NCBI GenBank assembly: GCA_963422375.2
Contig: OY729428.2
Coordinates: 2,240,001 to 2,304,000, forward strand
Source: Bryobacterales bacterium
GTDB taxonomy: Bacteria > Acidobacteriota > Terriglobia > Bryobacterales > UBA6623
Reading direction: 5' to 3'
Length of the DNA: 64,000 bases
Under the pieces are notes generated by a model. That model worked only from the letters and a program-made list of their open reading frames with translations, was not told where the DNA came from and made no database searches. The translations under genes and the position numbers were made by a program. Of this stretch, positions 31,060 through 41,222 are shown one piece after another; the stretch's first letter is position 1; each line of letters starts with the position of its first letter.

Positions 31060-32016
31060 TCAGGCCGCGACCGCGGCCTTGCCGGTCAGCTGCCGGCAGG
31101 TCAGCGTCCGGCCGACCAAGCCCCGCGCCATGCGCCGCATCCGTTCCGCCGTGTCGCAGTCGCGGTCGTTGCGCCGTCCCGCGAACTCCGTGAGGTAGCG
31201 GCCGAGATGACGGACGCTCATCCGGTGATAGGTTCCGTAGAGGCCGCGCTTGAACAGGGACCAAAACGACTCGATGCCGTTCGTATGCGCCGCCCCGCGC
31301 ACGTACTCGCCGCGGGAGTGCTTGACGGCTTCGTGCGGGAACTGCTCCATGCCGGCGCAGGCCGCCGCCTCGTCGGAGCGGACCTGCGCGCCCGGCGCGA
31401 CCCGGCCGCGCGCGAAGCCCTGCAGGTCGCCCTTGGCGGTGCCCGGCAGCGGCCGCGCGGCCACTGCGTTCGCGGCGCGGTCCCGCGCGCCCGCCACGGG
31501 CGTCTTGCCGACGGGCCCGCGCCCGGCGCGGGCCTTCTTCCTCTCGTGCTTGTTGCGCTCCTTGCCGCCGACGCAGGTCTCGTCCACCTCCACCGGGCCG
31601 GCGAACAGGCCCCGATCCCGCTCCCGGCACGCGCGGATGCGGTGCGCCAGGTGCCAGGCCGACTTCCGGCTGATGCCTAGGTCGCGGTGCAGCTTCATGC
31701 TCGAGACGCCCTTGATGCCGGTGGTCAGCAGGAACAGGGCGACGGCCCGGGTGCGGTAGCCGAGCTCGGTGTCGGCCGTCACGCTGCCGGTGCGCACGGA
31801 AAAGCGCTTGCCGCAGCCGCGGCAACGGTACGGCATCGAAGGGTGGGCCGCGCCGGACTGCACGCTGGAGCCGCCGCAGCGGGGGCACGCGGGACCGTCC
31901 GGCCAGCGCATGGATGCGAACCACTTTTCCGCGGATTCGTCATCGGGGAACATGGCGATCACTTCGATCAATGTGATGCCTTTACGGAACCACTTTCCGG
32001 GACCTTATTTCTTCAT
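31060..32016 (-). pseudogene. IS1595-family transposase, copy A, ochre at codon 4
   Basis: ATG AAG AAA TAA (stop 32005-32007) where sister copies read MKQNG/MKQKG; CPRC..CRGC, VEVDET, SDE, HTNGIESFWS motifs. Confidence 0.88.
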
Positions 32017-32039
32017 TTACGGTATCCCCTACTGGAACT

Positions 32040-32069
32040 ATTCTACCAAGAAACACCACAGAATGTCAA
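32040..32069 (-). promoter_or_regulatory. Sigma70 promoter of the IS1595 transposase
   Basis: TTGACA-N18-TAGAAT with TG extension; same layout at 61686-61715 (+) and in copy C. Confidence 0.7.
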
Positions 32070-32158
32070 CGGAAAGTCGGAAGAAATATGAAATCTTATA
32101 ATGGCTTGATAATTTGCCTACTCGATTCCATCGGCACTCAGATATATAATTCCCAAAT

Positions 32159-32425
32159 TTAGAACCGCTGAACTGCGCCCGGACAGGCGCGAATTCGGCC
32201 CTCCGGGCCTTGCTCCGGTCGCTCCGCTCCCTGCGCAAGGCCCGGCAGCGGCTTGTCCGACGCCGCTGGATCTGCTACTATGGTCCCAGCATCCCAGCCC
32301 ACCGCGCCGTACCCTCCTGTCGCACTTCGGAGTTGAATGGGCGAGATGAATACAGCTATCTTGAGTCCTAAACCACCGAAAAATACGCGTAAGCGAAACA
32401 GCATCGTTTTCATAATAATACTCAC
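32159..32425 (-). pseudogene. Low-GC gene start, apparently truncated by the IS end
   Basis: GTGA overlap with the upstream ORF; hydrophobic N-terminus, then runs into GC-rich sequence and the IS IR. Confidence 0.3.
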
Positions 32426-33252
32426 TTAACTACTAACGGATCTCGGAATGATACCCATGCACGAACAGTTGTCTTGTTTGGATATTCGCCAATGACTAAA
32501 AAGATGTTGTAATGACCTCTTGGAGGATACCGAAAAGTAGTTGTGAGATCGATATTCCGAAAGGAATGCTCTGGCTCGAGCCTACCGCTATCTGTGAATT
32601 GTTGAGCAAAGCTTGCCTCAGCCAGCCAATACCCCTCTGTCCCGACCGGATTGGCACCGTCTGTCACAAATATCTTCGCATAGAGTGTCCCTGTTCGCCG
32701 ACGAATTGAGGGATTGTACAATTCATCCATCTCAATTGTGATGGTTCTATTGTTATAGGAGATGCTATATGAACCAATTATTGACAGTTCGGTGATTAAC
32801 TGTTCAGAAAATCTCTTGCTGACGAGTGAGCGTGGCAGCCAGTCGCTCGCATGAATTCGGGCGCGGTCCGTGTCCAGCACCTCGTACAAGCATTTGTGGG
32901 AACTGAGCTTGCACACCAAGATGTAGTCCATGCCGACGGCTTTGGCGACATCGCAGACCGGCTCGCAGCAGTACAGGTCGTCGCCCAGCAGGATCGGGTC
33001 ACAGTCCGCCAGCGTCGCGCCGTGGGCGGCCAGCCAGCGCTTGGTGGGCTTGTTGCGCCCCGTCAGCCGGTTGGGCAGGGCCGCGGCCGTCTCGCGGAAC
33101 GAGCTCAGGAGAACGCTCGCGATCAGCCTGTTGCGACGCCATCGTCGGTCCGTCGCCTGATCGCCCGAGCAGATGAGTAACGATGGGAGCGGGTTGCATA
33201 GATTCGATTCTTGGTGGCATATCAGTTGACTAAGCTTATGGCATGGTAGCAT
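32422..33252 (-). CDS. Chimeric ORF: internally deleted ISNCY transposase relic fused to a low-GC beta-rich domain
   Basis: SFRETAAALPNR/KRWLAAHG..LLGDDLYCC..DYILVCK matches the flanking IS; last ~135 aa are AT-rich and unrelated. Confidence 0.55.
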   Translation of the reverse strand: MLPCHKLSQLICHQESNLCNPLPSLLICSGDQATDRRWRRNRLIASVLLSSFRETAAALPNRLTGRNKPTKRWLAAHGATLADCDPILLGDDLYCCEPVCDVAKAVGMDYILVCKLSSHKCLYEVLDTDRARIHASDWLPRSLVSKRFSEQLITELSIIGSYSISYNNRTITIEMDELYNPSIRRRTGTLYAKIFVTDGANPVGTEGYWLAEASFAQQFTDSGRLEPEHSFRNIDLTTTFRYPPRGHYNIFLVIGEYPNKTTVRAWVSFRDPLVVK

Positions 33253-33264
33253 TTCGTTGCCGGC

Positions 33265-34995
33265 CAGCGGTTCTAAATTTGGCCATCAAGGGGGTGCGTG
33301 AACCTTGTTTCGGAGGATGAGGTGAATAAGTTGACCGAGAGGTTGCGCCCCTGAGGCCGCCCCGCGGGAGCGATCGGACGGCGGGCAGGGCTGTGGCGCG
33401 GCCCGCGTCGCGGGTCCGCCGAGTGCCGAGCCCGCGGCCGGACGCACTCCGGCGGTAGCCGGCTGCGACGGTCGGCCGCTCGCCGGACGCTGCCGGCACG
33501 CAACTGCGCGGAGTCCAGGCCCCGGCTGCCCGGCCGCCTGGCAGCCCGGAGGCGCGCGTCCGTCGCGCACCGCTGCCAGCAGCGTCGGCCAGTCCGGGAA
33601 GCGGAACCAGCGCAGCGCGACCTGCAGCTCCCGGAACAGGGCGCGGCGCGTGACCAGCTGGCGCCGGCACTGCTGCCACAGCGCGCAGACGCACTGCACC
33701 ACGGCGCGGAGCGCGAAGGCGAACAGGTTCGGCACGGCCGGCACGTTGGCCGGCACGTCCTTGCCGTGCCCGAAGTTGCGCTTGCAGTTGCGGCCGTGCC
33801 GCGCCAGGCAGTGGAAGCCCTCGTTCTCGATCTTCCAGCGCGCCCGGCCGGCCCGCGCGATCCGCTCCGCGTTGTCCGCGCTGACCGCGAGACTGGTGAA
33901 GAAGCTGCTGGCGCAGGTGCGCTTGCCGTCGCGCTCCACGGCGTACTCGAGCCAAGTGCCCCGCAGGGCGTCGCGGCCCTGGCGCAGGGGCACCGCGGCC
34001 GTCCGGCGGAAACGGTGCCGCTCGGAGCGCTTGCCCTTCCCGCGCCGCGGCAGCCAGCCGGTCGAGCGCACCGCGCCGCTCGCCCGCCGGCTCTCCGGCA
34101 CCTCGTACAAGTGCCTCTGGGATCGGGGCTTGCATACCCGGATGTAGTCCATGCCGGCCGCCGCGGCGGCCTCGCAGACCGGCTGGCAGCAGTACAGGTC
34201 GTGGCCCGGCAGGACGGGGCGGTAGGCCTGCAGCCAGGCGCCCTGCGCGGCGAGCCAGCGCTTGGCGGCGTTGCGCTCGCAGTCCCGCTTGCGCTCGTCC
34301 TCGCTCATGTCGGCGCGGGTCGCGGCCGCGTCCTGCCGCGGGCACGCGAACTCGGGCATCAGCGGCAGGACGGTGGCGTGGCCGTCGGCCACCGCGGTCG
34401 CCGCGACCATGGTGTGGAAGTGATGCGGCCGGCGCTCGCTGCCGGCGCGCCGCACCGAGCACTGCGGGCAATGCACCTTGTCGGAGCGGTGGAACCGGAC
34501 GCCGTCCGGAGCCGCCGGCAGGCGCTCGTCGAGGCGCTGGAAGGGCTCGAGCGCGCCCTGCGCGGCCACGGTTGCGAGGCACGGCCGGAACGGCGGGTCG
34601 CACGCGGCCGGGTCGAGCTCGTCGAGCAAGTTGCGGATCCGGTTGTCGCAGGGGATGCGGTCCACGCCGAACAGGGTCCGGCAGTTGGAGCGCGAGCCGT
34701 CCCGCTCCATGCGCCGCTGGAACGCGAGGAACGACTCGCACTGCGTGAAGAAGCACGCCAAGGCGCAACCGGCGGCGTCGCTGACCTCGTAGCGCGTGTT
34801 GCTACCCTTGCGCCGGTCGGGCAGGCCGGCGGCTGTTTCGCGAAAGGCGCTCAGCAGCGAGTCTAGGACATGGGGCATACACCCTAGCTCACGAATTCTG
34901 CTAGGAAAAGTCAAGTGCCTGCCTGCGCCAGACTGCCTTCGACACCTTTCTCAGACACTCTGGAAACCCCAAAATGCCCAAATTGAGAATCGCTG
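33265..34995 (-). mobile_element. ISNCY-type IS copy 2; transposase frame open (33286-34914) but missense-eroded
   Basis: IRs CAGCG(A/G)TTCT(C/A)AATTTGG; motifs IPCDN.IRNLLD, DCERNAAKRWL, GRARWKIENE, NFGHG. Confidence 0.92.
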
Positions 34996-35228
34996 GGCCA
35001 TGCCCGAGCGGCACCCATCCATCCTAGGTCGCCCGGCGGCGAGCATCGAGCGCTGCGGAGAACGCCCACTCACAGCAGGCATCAAGGCAGCCTGCGCAGG
35101 TGTTCTCCATGGCCGTGCCACCGCGAGTCCGAGCAGTTTATTGCGCGCCCTCCTTCCTCCTAACCACCAAGACGCAGGCGGAGCCCCGTCAAGCGCACGG
35201 ATTCTCGGGGCTAGGCATTGCCCCGGAA

Positions 35229-36668
35229 TCAGTCCCCTAGACCGGCGGCGAATTCCTTGCGCTTCGATCGCAGCGCCAGGTACTCGCGCGCCTCCTTCGC
35301 AAGGCGCTTTCGCTCCTTGCCATCGAAGAGCGCATTTCGCACGATCCTCCAAGCGGCCCGCGGCCGGAAGTAGTACTCGTCGTAGAAACGCTCCACCCAC
35401 TGCAAGATCTGCTTCTGGTCGAGTTTCTCGTAGCGCACATTCGGCAGCTGGTGGCCCGACTCGTCCGTCATCGGGTCCGAGGCGAGCCAGCCGCCGGCGA
35501 GCGCCTGGCTGAAGAACGAGGTGCCCGGGTAGGGGTGGGCCACGGAGACCTGTATCGTCTCGGTGTCGAGGCGCTTGGCGAATTCCAGCGAGCGCCGGAG
35601 CGTCTCGGGAGTCTCGCCCGGCAGCCCGACGATGAAGTCCCCGTGTATCTTGAGGCCGGCCCTGTGGGCGTCGCGCGTGAAGCGGATGGCTCGGTCCACG
35701 GTCGCCCCTTTCTTGATGTTCCTGAGAATCTGGGGATCCCCCGACTCGTACCCGACGATGAGGAGGCGGCAGCCCGCGCCGCGCATCGCCTTGAGCGTCT
35801 CGTAGTCGACGTTGACGCGCGAGGTGCAGGACCACGTGCAGCCGAGGGGCTTGAGCTTGGCGCACAGTTCCAGCACCCGGTCCTTGCGGATGTTGAAGGT
35901 GTCGTCGTCGAAGAAGATTTCCTTGACTTCCGGAAAGCTCTCCAGCGTCCAGCGCACCTCAGCGACGACGTCATCGGTCGAGCGCGTCCGCCACCTGTGA
36001 CCCGAAATCGTCTGAGGCCACAGGCAGAATGTGCAGAGCGCCGGGCAGCCTCGCGAGGTGTAGAAGGCCACATAGGGATGCTTGAGGAACGGGACGTTGT
36101 ACCGCTCCGGTTCAAGGCACCGCTTGTAAACGGGCGTGACCCAAGGCAGCGCGTCCAAGTCTGCGATTTGGGGCACGTCCGGGTTGTGGGCGATGTCGCC
36201 TGCGGCCGTCCGGTGGCTGACGCCGCCCAGTTCGCCAAACGGCTTGCCGTTGGCGAAGTCGACCGTCTGGTAGTCGAACTCCTTGCGAACGACGAAGTCG
36301 ATCGCGGTGCAGGCCTCGAGGCTCTCGTCCGGACGCTCCCCAACATGCGGCCCGACGAAGCAAATCACGAGGTCGCGATTGGCCGCCTTCATCGACTCCG
36401 CCAGCGCGCAGTCGTTGGCGAATCCGGGTGTGGAGGTGAACAGCACTAGGAACTCGAAGTCACCCGCCATGGAAGTCACGTCATCGGGCGTGACCCTGTG
36501 CGGAGGGGCGTCGACCACCACGCTGTCGGGCAGCATGCCCGCCGGATAGCAGAGCCAGACGGGATACCAGTAGGACTCGATCTCGCGGGTGGCGGGCCAG
36601 CGCGAGCTGGCCCCGCCGTCGAAATTCTCGTACGACGGCGGATTTAGGAAGAGCGTTCGTTTCGGCAT
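35229..36668 (-). CDS. hpnJ: Hopanoid biosynthesis-associated radical SAM protein
   Basis: N-terminus TLFLNPPSYENFDGGASSRWPATREIESYWYPVWL; CPALCTFC motif. Confidence 0.88.
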   Translation of the reverse strand: MPKRTLFLNPPSYENFDGGASSRWPATREIESYWYPVWLCYPAGMLPDSVVVDAPPHRVTPDDVTSMAGDFEFLVLFTSTPGFANDCALAESMKAANRDLVICFVGPHVGERPDESLEACTAIDFVVRKEFDYQTVDFANGKPFGELGGVSHRTAAGDIAHNPDVPQIADLDALPWVTPVYKRCLEPERYNVPFLKHPYVAFYTSRGCPALCTFCLWPQTISGHRWRTRSTDDVVAEVRWTLESFPEVKEIFFDDDTFNIRKDRVLELCAKLKPLGCTWSCTSRVNVDYETLKAMRGAGCRLLIVGYESGDPQILRNIKKGATVDRAIRFTRDAHRAGLKIHGDFIVGLPGETPETLRRSLEFAKRLDTETIQVSVAHPYPGTSFFSQALAGGWLASDPMTDESGHQLPNVRYEKLDQKQILQWVERFYDEYYFRPRAAWRIVRNALFDGKERKRLAKEAREYLALRSKRKEFAAGLGD

Positions 36669-37334
36669 GCCAGTGCCAGCCTGCGGAGCGGACGGGATCG
36701 AGCAGCCCCCGGCAATATCCCACTGTAACCCGAGCTATGCAGGTGGCTTGCCTTGCGCCGAAAACGGGCGGGGCGACCAGCACTCCTTCGTCGGATGTGC
36801 CGTTCAGTGCTGCAAGTGATTCCGCTTGTTCGACCGCGTCGAGTAGGCGAATCGTCTAGGGGCGACTTGAAGTCCGCTGAGCCCGGCGTGCCGGGTCCTT
36901 GAGAAGCTCCAGTGCCGGAAGCGCGGACGCGCGGCTTGCCGCAACTGCTTGCGGCTTTGGTGCGGGACTCCGGAATCCGATGACGTGTTACCTCATTCCT
37001 TGGCCTCATCCTGCATTAGTCTTTGCCAAAGAGGAACAAGCCGAACTCTCGTCTGCGTTTGATAATCTACTTCCGCAATTGAATAATCCAAAACCGAAAT
37101 CCATCCACAAAAGGCCGAAAAATTACCGAAATTCCTAATTAGAAAATGAAGGATTATTCCGGAAATAATAGGAGCATTAGAGCCGAGAAAACCAAGACAA
37201 AAACAGAAGATATACAATTGATAATTCCCAGTATATCGTCGAGTATTTCTCTGTATTATTTCTCAGAAACTTGGGTTGATTAATCAATACAAGTAGCTCA
37301 GAAACATTCTGCGCTAGACCTTCCTACTTCAAAT

Positions 37335-38264
37335 TCAGAACCTGTCAATCGCCTTGAGAATACTCGTTGAAAACTTCCCTGCTCCAGCGTTTTGAGTCGG
37401 GACCATCGGATCCGGTTCGCCTCGCATGATCGCCATCATGCGGACCTCCACCTTGACAGGCTGGATGAGGGCGGATCCGGACCGCTGATTCGCTCCTGCC
37501 CCGATCCTCCACATCAACGCCCCTACGACGTAGATGTCCGTCCACGGCCCGAGCCTTCCATCACCTACCTGCTCGGGTGCAACGAGACCCTCGGTGTAGG
37601 GCGCGAAGGACCTTGTCCGGTCTGCAACCGCTTGCTTCGCCGCGCCGAAGTCAATCAGAACCGGCCGGTCCGCTTCCCGTGCCCCGGTTCGCCGAATCAG
37701 AATGTTGCTCGGCTTGATGTCGCGGTGCGGGACTCCCGCGGCATGGACCCGCTTGAGTGCGGCAAGAAGCGGAAGCACGACTGCGAGCATCTCACGCTGG
37801 TCGAACGGTGCGCCGGACGATTCGCGCCTCGCGAGCAACGCCCCGAGAGAATGTCCGTCCACGTAGTCCATCACGATGTACGCCGTGCCGTTCTCGCGAA
37901 AAACGTCGCGGCAAATCACGATGTTCGAAACGTCCCTGAAGTCCATCAGTCGCTTGGATTCTTCAAGGAATCGGCGCAATCCGTCGCCGAAATCGCTCCT
38001 TAGATTGGCGCTCCGTGGAGGCACCGAGTCGCCATCGCGAACGGCAAGGTCGCTCGGGAGCTACTCCTTGATCGCGACGCTGAAGCCGAGATCCCCATGG
38101 CGTGCCTCGTGAACGATCCCGAAGCCGCCCCGCCCGAAATGTCCCTGAACCACGCATGGTCCGTGCTGAAGCGGGGCTCTCACGGGAAGCGCAGCGCGTT
38201 CCCTGTTCTCTCCGGGCATCGAAAGAGGCCTACCTTCTGGAGAGGTCCCCACCGAATCTCTCAC
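37335..38264 (-). pseudogene. Hanks-type Ser/Thr protein kinase pseudogene
   Basis: GRGGFGIV, VAIKE* (in-frame TAG 38061-38063), HRDIKPSN, LIDFGAA, APEQ, WTDIY; ends early next to an AT-rich patch. Confidence 0.88.
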
Positions 38265-38351
38265 GTACGGGCTGACCGCATAGGTGTCCGCAGATCACGT
38301 AGGCCGTCGCCATTTTGCGCTCTTCGATCGCGCCGGCTGCGGCCGGAGGGG

Positions 38352-39296
38352 TCACGCCTTCGGGTGCGCCGCGTCGTATACCTTCATCAGCTGCTCCATC
38401 GAGAGCTGCGTGTATTTCTGGGTGGTGGACAGGCTCGCGTGGCCCAGCAGCTCTTGGATCGCCCTCAGGTCCGCCCCTTCGGACAGCAGATGCGTTGCGA
38501 AGGCGTGTCGCAGCGAATGCGGATGCAGCGACGGGTCGCCGATGACCGCCTTGGCGTGTTTCTTCAGGATCAGGCCCACGCTGCGCCCGGTCAGGCGTCG
38601 CAGCTGCCCGCCCCATCGGTGGAGGAAAAGCGCCCTCATGCTCGCGGGGGGCTCGAGTTTCGCCCTTGCCTCCAGGTAGCGGTCCAGCGCCTCCGAGGCC
38701 CGAGAGCCGAAGGGCACCTGTCGCTCCTTGCGACCCTTCCCGCGAACCCGGATCCAACGATCGCTTCTGTCTAGGTCGTTCACGTCGAGACCGACCAGCT
38801 CGCTCACCCGCAGCCCAGCACCGTAAAGCAGCTCGAATATAACGCGGTCGCGCAAGATCTTGTCTGGAAAGCGGTCGTCCTCGCCGGTGCATGCGACTTG
38901 GTCCACCAGCTGGTTGGCCTCCTCCGGATTCATGACCGCCGGCAGCTTCTTCGGGATTCTCGGAGTAGCGACGCTGCGGGCGGGATTTCGCGCCAGACCC
39001 TCCTCACGGACTAGGTAGTCGAAGAACACGCGCAGGGCGGACAGCCTACGGGCCAGCGTCGCCGTGGTCAGGCCGCGATTCCGGTCCTGAGCCATGAACT
39101 CGCGGACGGTGAGACGAGTGATCTCGTCGACGCTCGGGGTCGGCCCTCCCGCCTTCGCGACGTGCTCGGCGAAGAGAGCGAGATCCTTCCCGTAGTTGCG
39201 AATGGTGTTGCCGGAGGCGTTGCGCAGCCGCAGGGAGTCTAGGAACCGCCCCGCGGCGGCCTGCACGTTCCGGTCAGGCTGCCGCTCGGTCGGCAT
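38352..39296 (-). CDS. xerC: Tyrosine recombinase XerC
   Basis: GLRVSEL, GKGRKER, HPHSLRHAFATHLL, LLGH, TTQKYT; downstream of trmFO. Confidence 0.88.
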   Translation of the reverse strand: MPTERQPDRNVQAAAGRFLDSLRLRNASGNTIRNYGKDLALFAEHVAKAGGPTPSVDEITRLTVREFMAQDRNRGLTTATLARRLSALRVFFDYLVREEGLARNPARSVATPRIPKKLPAVMNPEEANQLVDQVACTGEDDRFPDKILRDRVIFELLYGAGLRVSELVGLDVNDLDRSDRWIRVRGKGRKERQVPFGSRASEALDRYLEARAKLEPPASMRALFLHRWGGQLRRLTGRSVGLILKKHAKAVIGDPSLHPHSLRHAFATHLLSEGADLRAIQELLGHASLSTTQKYTQLSMEQLMKVYDAAHPKA

Positions 39297-40626
39297 GCAG
39301 AAACCCGTCGAGCGCTTCGAGGCCGAGCTCGCACTGCCTAGCCCGCCGCTCACGCTTTCGCCGCTTGAACTGCCTTCGCAACTCCTCGGAAGCCGGCGGC
39401 AACAGGTCGAACGTAATGTTGGCCGGCTGGTAGTTGGCAGGGCTCGCACTCGAGATGTAGTGGCACAGCGAGCCGTGGGCCGTCTCGCGAGGCCAGACTC
39501 GAGGGGACTTCGAGCGCGCCAGCAGCGCCGCGTTCCAGCCCGCGACCAAGCCAGTCGCCATGGACTCCACGTAGCCCTCGACACCCGAGACTTGCCCGGC
39601 GAACAGCACGTTGGGGTGCTGCTTCCACTGCAGAGTCGGCAGCAGCAGAGCCGGGGCATTGATATACGTGTTGCGGTGAATCTGCCCGTATCGCAGGAAC
39701 TCGGCCCGCTCCAAGCTCGGAATCATGCGCAGCAGCCGCTTCTGATCGCCGTACCTGAGGTGGTTCTGGAAGCCCACGAGGTTGTACGATTCGGCCCTCG
39801 CGTCTTCCTGGCGAAGCTGCACGACCGCGTAGGCAGATGCGCCAGTACGCGGATCCCGCAAGCCGACTGGCTTCATGGGACCGAACCGCAGGGTGTCGCG
39901 GCCCCGGCGGGCCAGCTCCTCGATCGGCAGGCAGCCCTCGAAGTAGTTGGGGTTGTCGAAGTCCGGCGAGAGGTGCTGCTCGGCCGCGAGCAGCGCGTCC
40001 AAGAAGCGGTCGTACCGCTCGCGCGTGAACGGACAGTTGACGTAGTCCGCGCCTCCGTCCAAAGAGTGGCCGTACCGGGACGCTCGATACGCAACCGACA
40101 TGTCGATGGAGTCCGCATCGACGATCGGGCTGATGGCGTCGTGGAAGTACAGCCGGTCGCTGCCCGTCCGCCGGGCGATCGCCTCGGCCAGGGAGTCGCT
40201 CGTCAGCGGACCGCTCGCCACGATCCAGATCTCGTCCGTTCCGGCAGGCAGGTCGGTGATCTCGCCGCGCTCGACTCGAATCAAGGGTTCCGACTCGATA
40301 GCGGCGGTCAGTCCTCGAGCGAAAACGGCGCGGTCGACCGTGAGCGCGGTACCGCCCGGGATCCTCGCCTCCGCCGCGACCCGCATGGAAACGGAGCCCA
40401 TCCTGCGCAGCTCTTCCTTGAGGAGCCACGGCGCGCTGCCGCGCGTCTCGGTCTTGAGCGAGTTGCTGCAAACGAGCTCGCCCAGATCGTCGGTCCGATG
40501 GGCCGGCGTCCGCCGGCCCGGGCGCATCTCGTGGAGTACGACCGGAAGGCCGCACCGAGCGACCTGCGCGGCGGCTTCAGGGCCGGCTAGGCCCGCACCG
40601 ATCACGTGAATGGGCTTCCGTGCCAC
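39274..40626 (-). CDS. trmFO: Folate/FAD-dependent tRNA (uracil-54) methyltransferase
   Basis: IGAGLAG, ELVCSNS, DAISPIV, YFEGCLPIE, FGPMKPVGL, HRNTY, GVEGYVES. Confidence 0.95.
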   Translation of the reverse strand: MARKPIHVIGAGLAGPEAAAQVARCGLPVVLHEMRPGRRTPAHRTDDLGELVCSNSLKTETRGSAPWLLKEELRRMGSVSMRVAAEARIPGGTALTVDRAVFARGLTAAIESEPLIRVERGEITDLPAGTDEIWIVASGPLTSDSLAEAIARRTGSDRLYFHDAISPIVDADSIDMSVAYRASRYGHSLDGGADYVNCPFTRERYDRFLDALLAAEQHLSPDFDNPNYFEGCLPIEELARRGRDTLRFGPMKPVGLRDPRTGASAYAVVQLRQEDARAESYNLVGFQNHLRYGDQKRLLRMIPSLERAEFLRYGQIHRNTYINAPALLLPTLQWKQHPNVLFAGQVSGVEGYVESMATGLVAGWNAALLARSKSPRVWPRETAHGSLCHYISSASPANYQPANITFDLLPPASEELRRQFKRRKRERRARQCELGLEALDGFLHADRAAA

Positions 40627-40795
40627 TTGTGCGCAGGTGAGTCCGGCCCGGTCGCGCGGGAACCATCTCCCGCTAGAACATTCTAGCGAGCGCCGGTTTC
40701 CTCTGGCCAGGAATTCCCGGGCGACTCGGGCCGCGACGTTGCGCGGTCAGCTGCAGGAAGGCGCTGGCGCGTCCGGCGCACAGTCATCGGCCGAG

Positions 40796-41020
40796 CTAAG
40801 ACGCCTTGCTGGCTTCCTTTTGCTCGGTCGGCTGCTCGGGCTCGTCCTCGCCCTTGAGGGACGACTTGAACTGGCGGATGCCGTCGCCGAGGCCTCGTCC
40901 GAGCTCGGGAATCTTCTTGCCTCCGAAGATCACGAGCGCGATCAGGAGGACGACAAGCAGCTCCTGCATGCTGAACGGGCCGAAGATGAGGGCCGCGAAC
41001 GGTTCGAAGGGTGCCATCAC
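40796..41020 (-). CDS. tatA: Twin-arginine translocase TatA/E subunit
   Basis: ELLVVLLIALVIFGGKKIPELGRGLGDGIRQFK. Confidence 0.92.
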   Translation of the reverse strand: MMAPFEPFAALIFGPFSMQELLVVLLIALVIFGGKKIPELGRGLGDGIRQFKSSLKGEDEPEQPTEQKEASKAS

Positions 41021-41222
41021 TCTGTACCTACATTCTAGTACTCCGACAGCCGCGCCGTCAAGGCCGATTGCCCCAGCGCGTGCTGCGATGAGGCAGCGGA
41101 GCCGTTCAGCGAGCTGGCGCCACTGCTATACAGGTCGCGACTTGGTCAGAGCTCCCTGCTGGCAGCGGCGGGCTGCAGCGACCGCGGGAACCGCCAGCCG
41201 CGTCACCGCCCGCGACGGGCGG

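Larger units (their letters stand above)
30621..32154 (-). mobile_element. IS1595-family element with GGGAATTAT ends, copy A, full length
   Basis: Perfect 24-bp IR GGGAATTATATATCTGAGTGCCGA; perfect 8-bp TSD AAATTTAG (30613-30620 and 32155-32162). Confidence 0.95.
27947..32170 (+). mobile_element. ISNCY-type IS copy 1; transposase pseudogene (from 28054) interrupted by two IS1595-family elements
   Basis: Near-identical to 33265-34995; frameshifting deletion near 28204, deletion near 29908, 12-bp duplication 30243-30266; right IR CCAAATTTAGAACCGCTG is split by an insertion. Confidence 0.9.
27947..34995. mobile_element. Composite transposon bounded by two inverted ISNCY-type copies
   Basis: Both outer ends read CAGCGATTCTCAATTTGG inward; flanks GGCCATACC (27938-27946) and GGCCATGCC (34996-35004). 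Confidence 0.75.

Noticed and set aside
33262..34998. 3-bp GGC flanks of ISNCY copy 2 as its own TSD
   Set aside because: Too short to be significant, not seen for copy 1, and the 9-bp outer repeat explains the right flank better.
38061..38063. In-frame TAG as pyrrolysine or stop-codon recoding
   Set aside because: TAG ends many normal genes in the window and the kinase has other lesions.
38352..39296. Tyrosine recombinase as a prophage or integron integrase
   Set aside because: XerC-like size and motifs, overlaps trmFO, and no att sites, cassettes or phage genes were seen.
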